Origin: Candidatus Omnitrophota bacterium | GTDB taxonomy: Bacteria > Omnitrophota > Gorgyraeia > B26-G9 | DNA length: 64,000 nt | Assembly (NCBI GenBank): GCA_043814605.1 | Contig: JBDRJV010000007.1 | Location: forward strand, 3,354-67,353 | Direction of reading: 5' to 3' | Shown here: piece after piece, positions 1 through 8,141 of the stretch | Numbering within the stretch: the first letter of the stretch is position 1 | How the letters are laid out: every line of letters starts with the position of its first letter | Made by a program: the position numbers and the translations under genes | The notes under the pieces: generated by a model | The model's database searches: none | What the model saw: only the letters and a program-made list of their open reading frames with translations | What the model was told of the DNA's origin: nothing

Positions 1-124
1 AATATACGTAGGAAGTAAAAATAGTCCTTTGAAAAAAATAAGTATCACGATAATGGCAAACCATTCGAAAGGATGGGACAGGTAAGAATAAGCCTTCTCG
101 TAGAAATTTTCATAGATGTGAGCT

Positions 125-300
125 TATTAGTCGCAAGTTGCAAGTCACAAGTTACATGTAAAAGCAAAGACTAAAAGCTAATGATAAAGACTGCGGGAGC
201 AAAGCCACAAACCTAAACAGGTCGCAGGTCTCAAGTAGCAGGCTGCAAGTAAAAGCAATTAACTTGTAACTTGAAACTTGGAACTTGAAACTTGTATGGT
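125..300. repeat. Degenerate heptanucleotide-periodic intergenic repeat (GTNNCAA / CTTGNAA-type 7-mers, about 25 consecutive units)
   Basis: Read directly: gtcgcaa gttgcaa gtcacaa gttacat gtaaaag ... cttgtaa cttgaaa cttggaa cttgaaa cttgtat. The phase is maintained across about 175 nt. Confidence 0.7.
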
Positions 301-345
301 GGTTGGGTTGCCGAATGAAGCAGAGCTCATTTTGAGTCTGATAAA

Positions 346-382
346 AACCTGTTCTTAACTCTTTCGAGAACAGGTTTTTTTA
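346..382 (+). terminator. Rho-independent terminator-like hairpin (aacctgttc / gaacaggtt plus T7) 12 nt upstream of the next start codon
   Basis: 9-bp perfect stem, 10-nt loop and a TTTTTTT run, seen in the sequence. Confidence 0.45.
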
Positions 383-394
383 TTAGGCAAAAAA

Positions 395-2866
395 ATGAAA
401 AAATTAAAATATAAAAAATTAAATAAAAACTTAGCAACGCTAACAATTGCTTTATGTTGGATTTTGTTTTCTGCTTCATTAGCCTTGGCTGCTAATCAAA
501 TGAGTCAGGATAGTTATTCATTCAGCGTAATTGAGGATAATGCTGCTCCTTATCTAGATCATTGTTTGCCTACGGCTAACGCAACTGATGTTCCTCAGCA
601 CACAAATATTCAGTTTACTATTAAAGATGACGTTTCCGGCGTTGATAGTGGTTCAATTGATTTGACAGTTGAAGGGCAGTTGATTATTAATGATGGAGTC
701 GTTCAGTCCTTTGTTAATTCAATAGGCATAACAGTTGATTATGATGTTGAAATAATTGAGAAAAATTCTTGTGAATACGTAATTATGTATGATCCTGCAG
801 AGTATTTTGATTACAAACAAGTGGTAAATATAGCAGTTTCCGCTTCCGATTTAGAGAATAATACAGCAGCGGCAATAAATTATTCTTTTAAAACCCAGAA
901 ATTTGTTTATGGCGTGATAAGAAGTCTATCCAGGAGAAATATTTTAAGTGATGCGGCTGAAGGGGAACAGGATTATTCTGCTATTGCCACTTCCTCTGAT
1001 GGAAAAAAAGTTTATATTGTTTGGCAGGAATATTCTCAAGATGGGCAATGGAATATTTATTATATGCAATCGCTGGATTTTGGTCAGACCTATAGCAGTG
1101 CCCAACAAGTTCATCCAACTCAAATAGGAGTTGACCATTGTAATCCTCAAATCACAATTGATGCATTGGATAATGTTTATGTTGTCTGGCAGCAAAGAAA
1201 CCACAGTGCAGACTGGGACATTTATGTAGCAAGCTTAAATAATGGCGATATGGAATTCAGCGATAGTTATCTTGTTTATAATGATTCTGGGTTAACTGAC
1301 CAAACTAATCCCGTAATTTGTGTAAAAGATGCTTTGACTGATGATGGAGATAGTAATACGCAGGAACCTGCGACCCTGTATATCGGCTGGGTGGATGCAA
1401 ATGCCGGAATAAATAGCATAAAATTTATCCGGACAACTGCTAATTATCAGGATTATTGGTATGAATTTGTAAATAACCCAGTACGTGTTGATGATGATCG
1501 CTGGCCGCAACAGGCGGGTGGATTAGCTTTAGAAGTCGACGATGCGGGAAATATTATTATTGCTTGGTTAGGAATTAATGTTGACGGCACCAACAGTATT
1601 TATCTTGACCGGGCGCAAAAATCAATAATTGACAGCGGAGAAAATTTTGGTACAGATATTGAAGTTAGTGCAGCAACAGCAGCACAAATAGCTCCGCGAT
1701 TAGAAGTATCTAGTGATGGAAATAATGCCTATGTTTTATGGTTATCTGAAAATCAAACTCAATGCAATCTGAATTTTTCTGATTATTTGTACAGCCAGGG
1801 ACAAGGGATATTTAATTTAGACAGTAATCATCAAGTAAATGCCACCGCGATTACTCTGGATAGTGTGAGTGGATACGACTTAAAAGTTGATGAGCAATCA
1901 GATGTTTTTGTTGTTTGGCAGGAAATACAATCTGGTAACTATATTGTAAAGATTGCCGGTGCGAGTGAATCAGACTATAATTTCGAAGAATATGTTGATT
2001 TTGATACAAGCGGAACTCAAACCCATCCGGTGTTAGCTTTAGATAATAACGGTTATCATTATTATACCGCATGGTCAAATGATAGTGACGGGGTAAAAGA
2101 AATTAATTTATGCAGGAATACTTTTATTGAAACTGATTCTGTTAGTTCTCAAAAAATTGAAAATGATGTCGGCGGCAGTATTAATGTTACTAGCGGCGAT
2201 TTAAGCGGTACAAATGTTACGGTAATCCAAGATTCTGTAGAAACTCCTTTACAGGTCACAATTGCAGAAGTTGTTGCCGCTCCTTTAACAGCTGGGAATT
2301 TAGTTGTGGTTAGCAATGTTGTTGATTTTGGCCCGGGAGGGACTCAATTTGGTACTCCGGCTACAATAACAATCCCTTACACAGAGGTTCAATTAGATAG
2401 TGCGGGAATTACCAATAATGCTAGTTTAAAAATTTATTACTATAATTTAGCGGCTCAGGATTGGGAAGAAATGCCGGGATCAAGTATTGATTTAGCCGCG
2501 GAAAAAATATCTGTTTCTACAGATCACTTTTCTATGTATGCAATTTGCGGCGACCCGACAAGTACAGTAGATACAGGCAGTATTATTACCCCAGCAGTCT
2601 CAGCTTCATCAGGCGGTGGCGGCGGAGGAGGATGTTTTATTGCTACGGCAGCTTTTGGTACGAAGATGGCTAAAGAAGTCAAAATTCTCTGTGAATTTAG
2701 AGACCGGTATTTATTAACTAATTATTGGGGAACACAGTTTGTAAAGTTTTATTATAAGAACAGTCCGCCGATTGCAGATTATATCAGACAGAAAGAAGGT
2801 TTAAGAAGTATGATTAGATTCTGCTTAAAACCGTTGATTAGCCTGAGCAGAATGATATGTGATTAA
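395..2866 (+). CDS. Large secreted protein: signal peptide (ALA-AN cleavage site), six or more beta-propeller-like (Y/F)VVWQ repeats, poly-Gly linker and a Cys-containing C-terminal about 80-aa module (GGGGGGGCFIATAAFG...)
   Basis: 823-aa ORF. The N-terminus is basic then hydrophobic then AxA. Repeats recur: YIVWQEY..WNIYY, YVVWQQ..WDIYVA, YIGWVD, IIAWLG, YVLWLS, FVVWQE. It is the first gene of the exosortase locus. Confidence 0.6.
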   Translation: MKKLKYKKLNKNLATLTIALCWILFSASLALAANQMSQDSYSFSVIEDNAAPYLDHCLPTANATDVPQHTNIQFTIKDDVSGVDSGSIDLTVEGQLIINDGVVQSFVNSIGITVDYDVEIIEKNSCEYVIMYDPAEYFDYKQVVNIAVSASDLENNTAAAINYSFKTQKFVYGVIRSLSRRNILSDAAEGEQDYSAIATSSDGKKVYIVWQEYSQDGQWNIYYMQSLDFGQTYSSAQQVHPTQIGVDHCNPQITIDALDNVYVVWQQRNHSADWDIYVASLNNGDMEFSDSYLVYNDSGLTDQTNPVICVKDALTDDGDSNTQEPATLYIGWVDANAGINSIKFIRTTANYQDYWYEFVNNPVRVDDDRWPQQAGGLALEVDDAGNIIIAWLGINVDGTNSIYLDRAQKSIIDSGENFGTDIEVSAATAAQIAPRLEVSSDGNNAYVLWLSENQTQCNLNFSDYLYSQGQGIFNLDSNHQVNATAITLDSVSGYDLKVDEQSDVFVVWQEIQSGNYIVKIAGASESDYNFEEYVDFDTSGTQTHPVLALDNNGYHYYTAWSNDSDGVKEINLCRNTFIETDSVSSQKIENDVGGSINVTSGDLSGTNVTVIQDSVETPLQVTIAEVVAAPLTAGNLVVVSNVVDFGPGGTQFGTPATITIPYTEVQLDSAGITNNASLKIYYYNLAAQDWEEMPGSSIDLAAEKISVSTDHFSMYAICGDPTSTVDTGSIITPAVSASSGGGGGGGCFIATAAFGTKMAKEVKILCEFRDRYLLTNYWGTQFVKFYYKNSPPIADYIRQKEGLRSMIRFCLKPLISLSRMICD

Positions 2867-2869
2867 TAG

Positions 2870-3300
2870 TTATGAATGATGAGTTACGAGTTACGAGTGA
2901 CGAATTATAAGTGACGAGTTGCGAATTACGAATGACGAATTATGAATTAAAAGCGAATAGAAAAGCAGAGAAAAAAGAAAGGAGTTTTAGATAAACACAG
3001 ATCTAAAAGCTTAGATGAACAATGATAGGAAAGTAGATAGAAACCGAGAGACGAGGGACGAAGGAAGAGAGACGAGAAAATAGAAAATATATAAAGTTAC
3101 AAATTACAAGTGACGAATTACGAATTAAAAGCGAATAGAAAAAAACAAAAAAAGAAAAAACTAAAAAGCAAATAAGAGAGACGAAAAAGCGGATAAATTT
3201 TTTAAAAAATAGTTTTTTAAGCGAACGAAGAGAGCGTTCGTCCTTCATGCTAAAGAGTGGAACGAATGGTCGTCTTTCAGACATCGGTAAAAACAGGTAA
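2870..3300. repeat. Composite heptad-periodic intergenic repeat, copy 1 (a gagttac/gaattac tandem 7-mer run plus conserved blocks shared with 9040-9361)
   Basis: Read directly: gagttac gagttac gagtgac gaattat aagtgac gagttgc gaattac gaatgac gaattat, with the 7-nt phase kept for about 400 nt. Blocks 3082-3120 and 3205-3287 are near-identical to 9186-9225 and 9282-9361. Confidence 0.75.
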
Positions 3301-3550
3301 CGGGATTGCTGGAAACGGGTTAACTAGTTTAAAAAATAAGCTGACAAATAAGTGGGAGGCTTAAAAACGAGGGCTTGGTTTTTTAAATTCCAGGCTCTTG
3401 TTTTTTTTAAAAATCAGTGTTATAGTTAGAAAATAGCGAAGAGAAAAAATGCTGCAAGTTGCAGGACTCAGGCTACAAAAGAACGAAAAAACAATAACTG
3501 AAAAAAGTGAACAGCGTTTAGCGATTAGAAAAATCAAAAAATTAAAAATT

Positions 3551-4393
3551 ATGGATAAAAAATTAGTAGATTATTTAACAGTTTTGCTGATTGTATTGTT
3601 TTTAGCAATTATGTATTATCCTGCATTTATTTGGATGTGGGAAAGATGGCATGCTCCTGATACCAATTATAGCCATGGGATATTGATTCCTATTGTTTCT
3701 TTATTTTTGCTTTATTCAAGAAAAGAAAGACTTAAACAAATTCAAATTAAACCGGAAGGTTCAGGTATTATCTTCGTTTGTTTAGCAATTTTAGTGCATA
3801 TTACCGGGAACATGATAAATTTTCCCTTTGCCAGTGCTTTTTCGTTTATAATTATGTTAATCGGAATTGTGCTTTTTTTATTCGGAATAAAAATACTAAA
3901 AGCAGTTAAATTTGAAATATTGTTTTTATTATTCATGATTCCTGCACCGCTAATGTTAATTTCAAATTTAACAATAAGAATGAAATTATTTGCTGCGGGC
4001 ATTGCGACAAATTGTTTGAGTGTAATGGGATTAAAGGCAGTAAGAGAAGGCAGTATGATTCGTATGGGGCATTCATTTTTAGAAATTGAAGCGCCTTGCA
4101 GCGGGTTAAGGTCATTGATTTCCTTATTGGCTTTTGGCGCTGCCTTTGCCTATCTGACAAAACATAAATTTTGGAAAAAAGTAGTGCTTTTTGCAACAGC
4201 GCTACCCATTGCCCTAATTGCTAATGCCGGACGGATAGTCTTGCTAGGCTGGGTGAGTGAGGTATATGGTATGCAGGCAGCACAGGGATGGGTGCATGAT
4301 TTTTCTGGTTTTCTTTTATTCTTTTTTGCTGCTTGCGCGATGATTGCTGTAAATAGCATTTTAATAACACAAAAAATTGATGAACAAAAATAA
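3551..4393 (+). CDS. Exosortase (EpsH/XrtA-family transpeptidase)
   Basis: Polytopic membrane protein with exosortase signature motifs: YSHG (N-terminal), the catalytic Cys in EIEAPCSGLRSLISL, and NAGRIVLLG (Arg motif). I chose the MDKK start at 3551 because the upstream in-frame stretch from 3449 lies inside repeat sequence. Confidence 0.8.
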   Translation: MDKKLVDYLTVLLIVLFLAIMYYPAFIWMWERWHAPDTNYSHGILIPIVSLFLLYSRKERLKQIQIKPEGSGIIFVCLAILVHITGNMINFPFASAFSFIIMLIGIVLFLFGIKILKAVKFEILFLLFMIPAPLMLISNLTIRMKLFAAGIATNCLSVMGLKAVREGSMIRMGHSFLEIEAPCSGLRSLISLLAFGAAFAYLTKHKFWKKVVLFATALPIALIANAGRIVLLGWVSEVYGMQAAQGWVHDFSGFLLFFFAACAMIAVNSILITQKIDEQK

Positions 4394-5015
4394 TTTAGAA
4401 AAAGTAGTTTTAATCTGCTTATTACTAACCGGTATGGTTTTAAGTTTTGTTTTTAAACCAATTAAGTTAGACAATAGTAACGATAAGCGAATAATACAAT
4501 TTCCTCAGACTATCGGAGAATATACTTCAACCGATGTAGTGCTCGGAAAGGAAGTCTATGATATTTTAGAAACTAAAAATGTTATCATGCGTTACTATAA
4601 AAAAAATGCAGAACCGCCGATCTTGTTTTATTTGATTTTCTCCCAGCAAACTCATAAAACATCAGATCCTCCGGAAAATTGTCTTACCGGGGACGGAATC
4701 TTGATTTTACAAAAATCAAAAACTTTTCTTAAGCTTAGCAATAATGTAAAGTTAAGTGTAAATAAATTAATTACCGGTAGTCAGGATAAAAAACAGGTTT
4801 ATTTGTACTGGTTTTTAGCAGGAAATCAATTTGTGGATAGTTATATTACCCAACGGGTTAAATTAATTGCTTCTTATCTAATGCGCAAGCCTCTTAGTGG
4901 CGGACAAATCCGGATTTCTACTGATATAATTGAAGCAAATGAGACAGAAGCCTTGCAAAGGATTAATGCGTTTATTTCAGAATGCTTACCATTATTGGTT
5001 GGACTTCTTTCCTAA
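4377..5015 (+). CDS. EpsI-family exosortase-associated protein
   Basis: About 210 aa with an N-terminal TM helix. It lies immediately after, and overlaps, the exosortase gene, which is the canonical EpsH-EpsI arrangement. Confidence 0.55.
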   Translation: MMNKNNLEKVVLICLLLTGMVLSFVFKPIKLDNSNDKRIIQFPQTIGEYTSTDVVLGKEVYDILETKNVIMRYYKKNAEPPILFYLIFSQQTHKTSDPPENCLTGDGILILQKSKTFLKLSNNVKLSVNKLITGSQDKKQVYLYWFLAGNQFVDSYITQRVKLIASYLMRKPLSGGQIRISTDIIEANETEALQRINAFISECLPLLVGLLS

Positions 5016-5324
5016 AATTTAAAAAATCTTAAAAAAATACAATTACACTTGCAATATAATTTTTATGTGGTATACTTGCTTAACGTTTTTATTTAACTTG
5101 CTAAAAAAATAGTAAGTTAGGTTAATTATGGCAAAATAATAGTGTTGATTTAAACTATGAGTGTGTTGATTAAATTCAACAGTGAATCAGGTAAATTTCA
5201 TTAATAGAATTCAGAGTTATAAGTAAAAATCAACTGTATCTTTTATAAAGATTTTAATTAATTTGGTTGAAGTAAGTTATAGTTTCACTAAAAAATGCTT
5301 TAAATTATATAAATTATTAATGTT

Positions 5325-5341
5325 TGGCACAGAATATGCTT
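5325..5341 (+). promoter_or_regulatory. Sigma-54 (RpoN)-type promoter: TGGCAC-N5-ATGCT with the -24 GG and -12 GC spaced correctly
   Basis: The sequence tgGCacagaatatGCtt lies about 100 nt upstream of the sugar transferase start. A sigma-54-dependent activator is encoded 5 kb downstream. Confidence 0.45.
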
Positions 5342-5436
5342 AAGTATAACAGTCATACAAGAAATTTCTTAACTTAGAATTCAGAAAGCAAAAATGATGT
5401 TTTTGAGCAGTGCCTCAAAAAGGGAAAATAAAAAAA

Positions 5437-6222
5437 ATGAAAAGATTTAATGATTTTGCAAAAATAAATATTAGGATTTTAACTATAGCGGTAATAATGT
5501 TTTCGCTATTAGTAATTCCCAAAGTAATGGCAATGTCTTTGGAAGAGGTAATTGATCTTAAGCCATACGGCTTTTTTGCTTTTTTATTCGGTATAGGAAG
5601 CAGTATGCTGCGTTTTGCACAAACCAAATTTAAAAAAATTAAACGGGTTTTTGATATTATTATTGCTCTAGCGGCCCTAATAGTAACTTCACCTTTACTA
5701 TTAGTTTCTTCCCTATTAATTAAGTGGTTTTCACCAGAAGGCCAAATTTTTTATACACAAAAAAGAGTGGGAAAAGATGGAAAAGTGTTTGAAATTTATA
5801 AATTGCGTTCAATGAAACCAGATGCAGAAAAAACTACCGGAGCAGTATGGGCTAATGAAGATAATGATCCCCGAGTGATTCCGGTGATTGGAAATTTTTT
5901 AAGACAATCGCATATAGATGAAATTCCGCAGTTTTTTAATGTATTAATCGGGGATATGAGTGTTGTCGGCCCCAGGCCAGAGAGACCAGAAATCGTAGCA
6001 GATCTAAAGCATAAAATTAGGGAATATGAAAAAAGACTGTATGTGCGTCCAGGGATTACGGGTTTAGCGCAGATAAGAAACCGTTATGATAAAACATTAA
6101 GTGATGTTAAGAAAAAAGTAAAACTTGATCTAATGTATATTCGTAAAATGTGCTTGTTTGGAGAAATAAGCATTCTTTTGAGAACATTTGTTGTAATTTT
6201 TAAGGGAAAAGTTATTAGTTAA
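5437..6222 (+). CDS. Undecaprenyl-phosphate sugar phosphotransferase (bacterial sugar transferase family, exosortase-associated type)
   Basis: Conserved C-terminal catalytic region: KLRSM, DEIPQFFNVLIGDMSVVGPRPERP, GITGLAQ. The in-frame GTG at 5410 is an alternative start. Confidence 0.8.
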   Translation: MKRFNDFAKINIRILTIAVIMFSLLVIPKVMAMSLEEVIDLKPYGFFAFLFGIGSSMLRFAQTKFKKIKRVFDIIIALAALIVTSPLLLVSSLLIKWFSPEGQIFYTQKRVGKDGKVFEIYKLRSMKPDAEKTTGAVWANEDNDPRVIPVIGNFLRQSHIDEIPQFFNVLIGDMSVVGPRPERPEIVADLKHKIREYEKRLYVRPGITGLAQIRNRYDKTLSDVKKKVKLDLMYIRKMCLFGEISILLRTFVVIFKGKVIS

Positions 6223-6241
6223 AAAAGAAAGGTGTAGAGTT

Positions 6242-6931
6242 ATGGGAAAAGTTTTTGGGAAGTTAAGTATTTGTGTAGTAAGTTGTGTAGTGATTATGTC
6301 TCCAGTATTTAGTTATGCGGCATTTACTGAGCCGATTTTAAATAATTCAGGGGCGCAGTCATTAACAGGTGCAGGTGGAATTTTAGATACATTATACGGC
6401 TTAGAAAATTTAAGGCGTTTTGATGATGATCTAGATCAACTATGGTCACATAAAACAGAAAATTCTAGCGTGGTTACAGCAGAAGCAAAGTTTGCATCTT
6501 ATTCTCAAACATTTGGCTATATATACGGAGAAGAAGGCAATAGCTTTACAGAGCTTTTTACGGTTGGTTCTGGTAATTTGGGTTATGGCGTATCTAATAC
6601 AGCTATGTTTTCCGTAGGTGATTCTGGGGATCCTTTCCGCTTTGGTAATGATCCTTCTGGTCAATATGGTCCGGGATTATTTAGTTCTGTAGAAACCGAC
6701 AATCCAGATCAAGCAGATCATATGCTTACCTGGTATATTATTGGTGGTGAGAAAAAGGGTAATTTTGTGGTTGCCTGGGAAGATTTACTTAATTTAGGAG
6801 ACCGTGATTATAATGATTTAGTTGTTGAAGTATCTGGTGTACGGCCAAGTGCAGTGCCTGAGCCAGCAACAATATTGCTTTTAGGGCCGGCTTTATTAGG
6901 GTTATTAGGGTTAAAAAGGAAAAAAAGTTAA
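6242..6931 (+). CDS. PEP-CTERM sorting-domain protein with a DUF4114-like motif (predicted exosortase substrate)
   Basis: N-terminal signal peptide. The C-terminus VPEPATILLLGPALLGLLGLKRKKS is a textbook PEP motif followed by a TM helix and a basic tail. The protein also contains WEDLLNLGDRDYNDLVV. Confidence 0.85.
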   Translation: MGKVFGKLSICVVSCVVIMSPVFSYAAFTEPILNNSGAQSLTGAGGILDTLYGLENLRRFDDDLDQLWSHKTENSSVVTAEAKFASYSQTFGYIYGEEGNSFTELFTVGSGNLGYGVSNTAMFSVGDSGDPFRFGNDPSGQYGPGLFSSVETDNPDQADHMLTWYIIGGEKKGNFVVAWEDLLNLGDRDYNDLVVEVSGVRPSAVPEPATILLLGPALLGLLGLKRKKS

Positions 6932-6969
6932 TTATTGACATTATTATAAGTAAGTAGTAATATATATTT

Positions 6970-7020
6970 CACGCTCAGGGATGAGATATTCTGGGAAAAA
7001 TCCCTGAGCGTGTTTTTTTA
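6970..7020 (+). terminator. Rho-independent terminator (cacgctcaggga ... tccctgagcgtg plus T7)
   Basis: 12-bp perfect stem followed by a TTTTTTT run, directly after the PEP-CTERM gene. Confidence 0.65.
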
Positions 7021-7065
7021 TGTTTTAGCATATAGAACTGATTGAAAATACAAAGGTTAGGGGGC

Positions 7066-7094
7066 TTGACAAATAGGTTTACATAAGGTATACT
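7066..7094 (+). promoter_or_regulatory. Sigma-70-like promoter: TTGACA, 17-nt spacer, TATACT
   Basis: Consensus -35 hexamer with exact 17-nt spacing to a 5/6 match to the -10 hexamer. It lies about 160 nt upstream of the membrane-protein gene. Confidence 0.35.
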
Positions 7095-7252
7095 TCTGCA
7101 GCCTATTTTTTTTGGTCTTAATGTTGATAAAAATCAACACTGTTGAAAACGTTGAATCTTTTAAAAAGTTATTGATAAATATTAATTTTGTTTTTTATAA
7201 GTAGTATTTTTAAGACACAAATTCTTAAAAGATTTAATGGGGGTTAGTTTGT

Positions 7253-8125
7253 ATGTATACAAGGAAAATATCTGGTTTAAGGATTATTCAGAGATCATGG
7301 CTAGGATGTTTTAATCTGATATTTGGGAAACCCGTAATTGTCTATCCTTTTTTATTTATAAGTATTTTAGAATTAATAAGCATTTTAACTTTATTCCTAT
7401 TCATCCAGCCGCCTTTAGTTAAATATATTAATCCGATTGTGTTACGTTTCTGGGGAGAGAAATTTTTACATTATCCTTTAAATCTGGTTTTATTATCCCG
7501 TCTTTTTTCCTATCTTCAATTAGCAGTTTTAGTCATATTTGGCACTTTTGCTACGGGGATGACGATAAATATGTCTGCGGATTACTTCCTCAATAACCAG
7601 TTTTCCTTTAAAAAAGCGGTATTAGCCACGATTACTAAATATGTGAGTTTATTAATAATCTCATTATTAATATTCTTCCTTTTACATCAGAGCCAAGTAT
7701 TAGAAAATAGAGTACTGCTTAAAATATTAAATAGGGGAAGGTCTTTTTTAGGAGTGGGAGTAGAAGATTGGAAAACGCTTTTCCTTGTATTTTCTGTGGT
7801 TGTTTCGGGTATTATCCAAACAATATTTATATTTATACAGCCCGCAATCATGATTGAAAATAAGAACTTTTTTTTGGCTATTTTTAGGAATTTAAGTTTT
7901 GTAATGAGAAACTTATTTTCCGCTTTAATATTAACAATTATCCCTTTAACTGTATTTATTCCGGTTGTGTTGCTAAAAAGTAATATGATTGTTCTGATGA
8001 ATAGGCTTATTCCGGAAATAGTTTTTATCATACTTATTGCGGGGGTTTTTATTTCGTTTTTTATAAATTTAGTGATTACAATTTCTATAACTAAAGCATA
8101 TTTAGTAATAAAGAATGATAAATGA
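7253..8125 (+). CDS. Polytopic integral membrane protein, function unknown
   Basis: 290-aa ORF with eight or more hydrophobic helices. It sits in the exosortase locus. Confidence 0.45.
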   Translation: MYTRKISGLRIIQRSWLGCFNLIFGKPVIVYPFLFISILELISILTLFLFIQPPLVKYINPIVLRFWGEKFLHYPLNLVLLSRLFSYLQLAVLVIFGTFATGMTINMSADYFLNNQFSFKKAVLATITKYVSLLIISLLIFFLLHQSQVLENRVLLKILNRGRSFLGVGVEDWKTLFLVFSVVVSGIIQTIFIFIQPAIMIENKNFFLAIFRNLSFVMRNLFSALILTIIPLTVFIPVVLLKSNMIVLMNRLIPEIVFIILIAGVFISFFINLVITISITKAYLVIKNDK

Positions 8126-8141
8126 CAAAACTCGGAGCGAT

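Noticed and set aside
944-2078. Three minus-strand ORFs (86, 72 and 75 aa) inside the 823-aa gene
   Set aside because: They are antisense to a long ORF with a clear signal peptide and repeat structure, with no independent support. The same applies to the other short antisense ORFs in the track (for example 3742-4359, 6446-6664, 7687-8256, 18176-18936, 22109-22368, 25329-26222, 29920-30251, 30579-31484, 48735-49421, 57007-57674).
3003-3284. 93-aa minus-strand ORF (MSERRPFVPLFSMK...)
   Set aside because: It lies entirely within the heptad-periodic repeat. It is low-complexity and F/S/L-rich with no RBS, so I treat it as an artefact of the repeat composition.
2870-3300. CRISPR array
   Set aside because: The periodic units are 7 nt, not 25-40 nt repeats separated by unique spacers, and no cas genes are present.
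3449-3550. N-terminal 34-aa extension of the exosortase ORF (MLQVAGLRLQKNEKT...)
   Set aside because: This stretch contains repeat-family blocks (gctgcaagttgcagg, gcgtttagcgattag) that are also present in non-coding copies. The MDKK start at 3551 is followed immediately by the first TM helix.
5085-5120. Extended -10 promoter (TGgTATACT) with a CTTGCA -35 hexamer upstream of the sugar transferase gene
   Set aside because: It is plausible but weaker than the sigma-54 site 220 nt downstream, and I cannot distinguish it from background AT-rich sequence.
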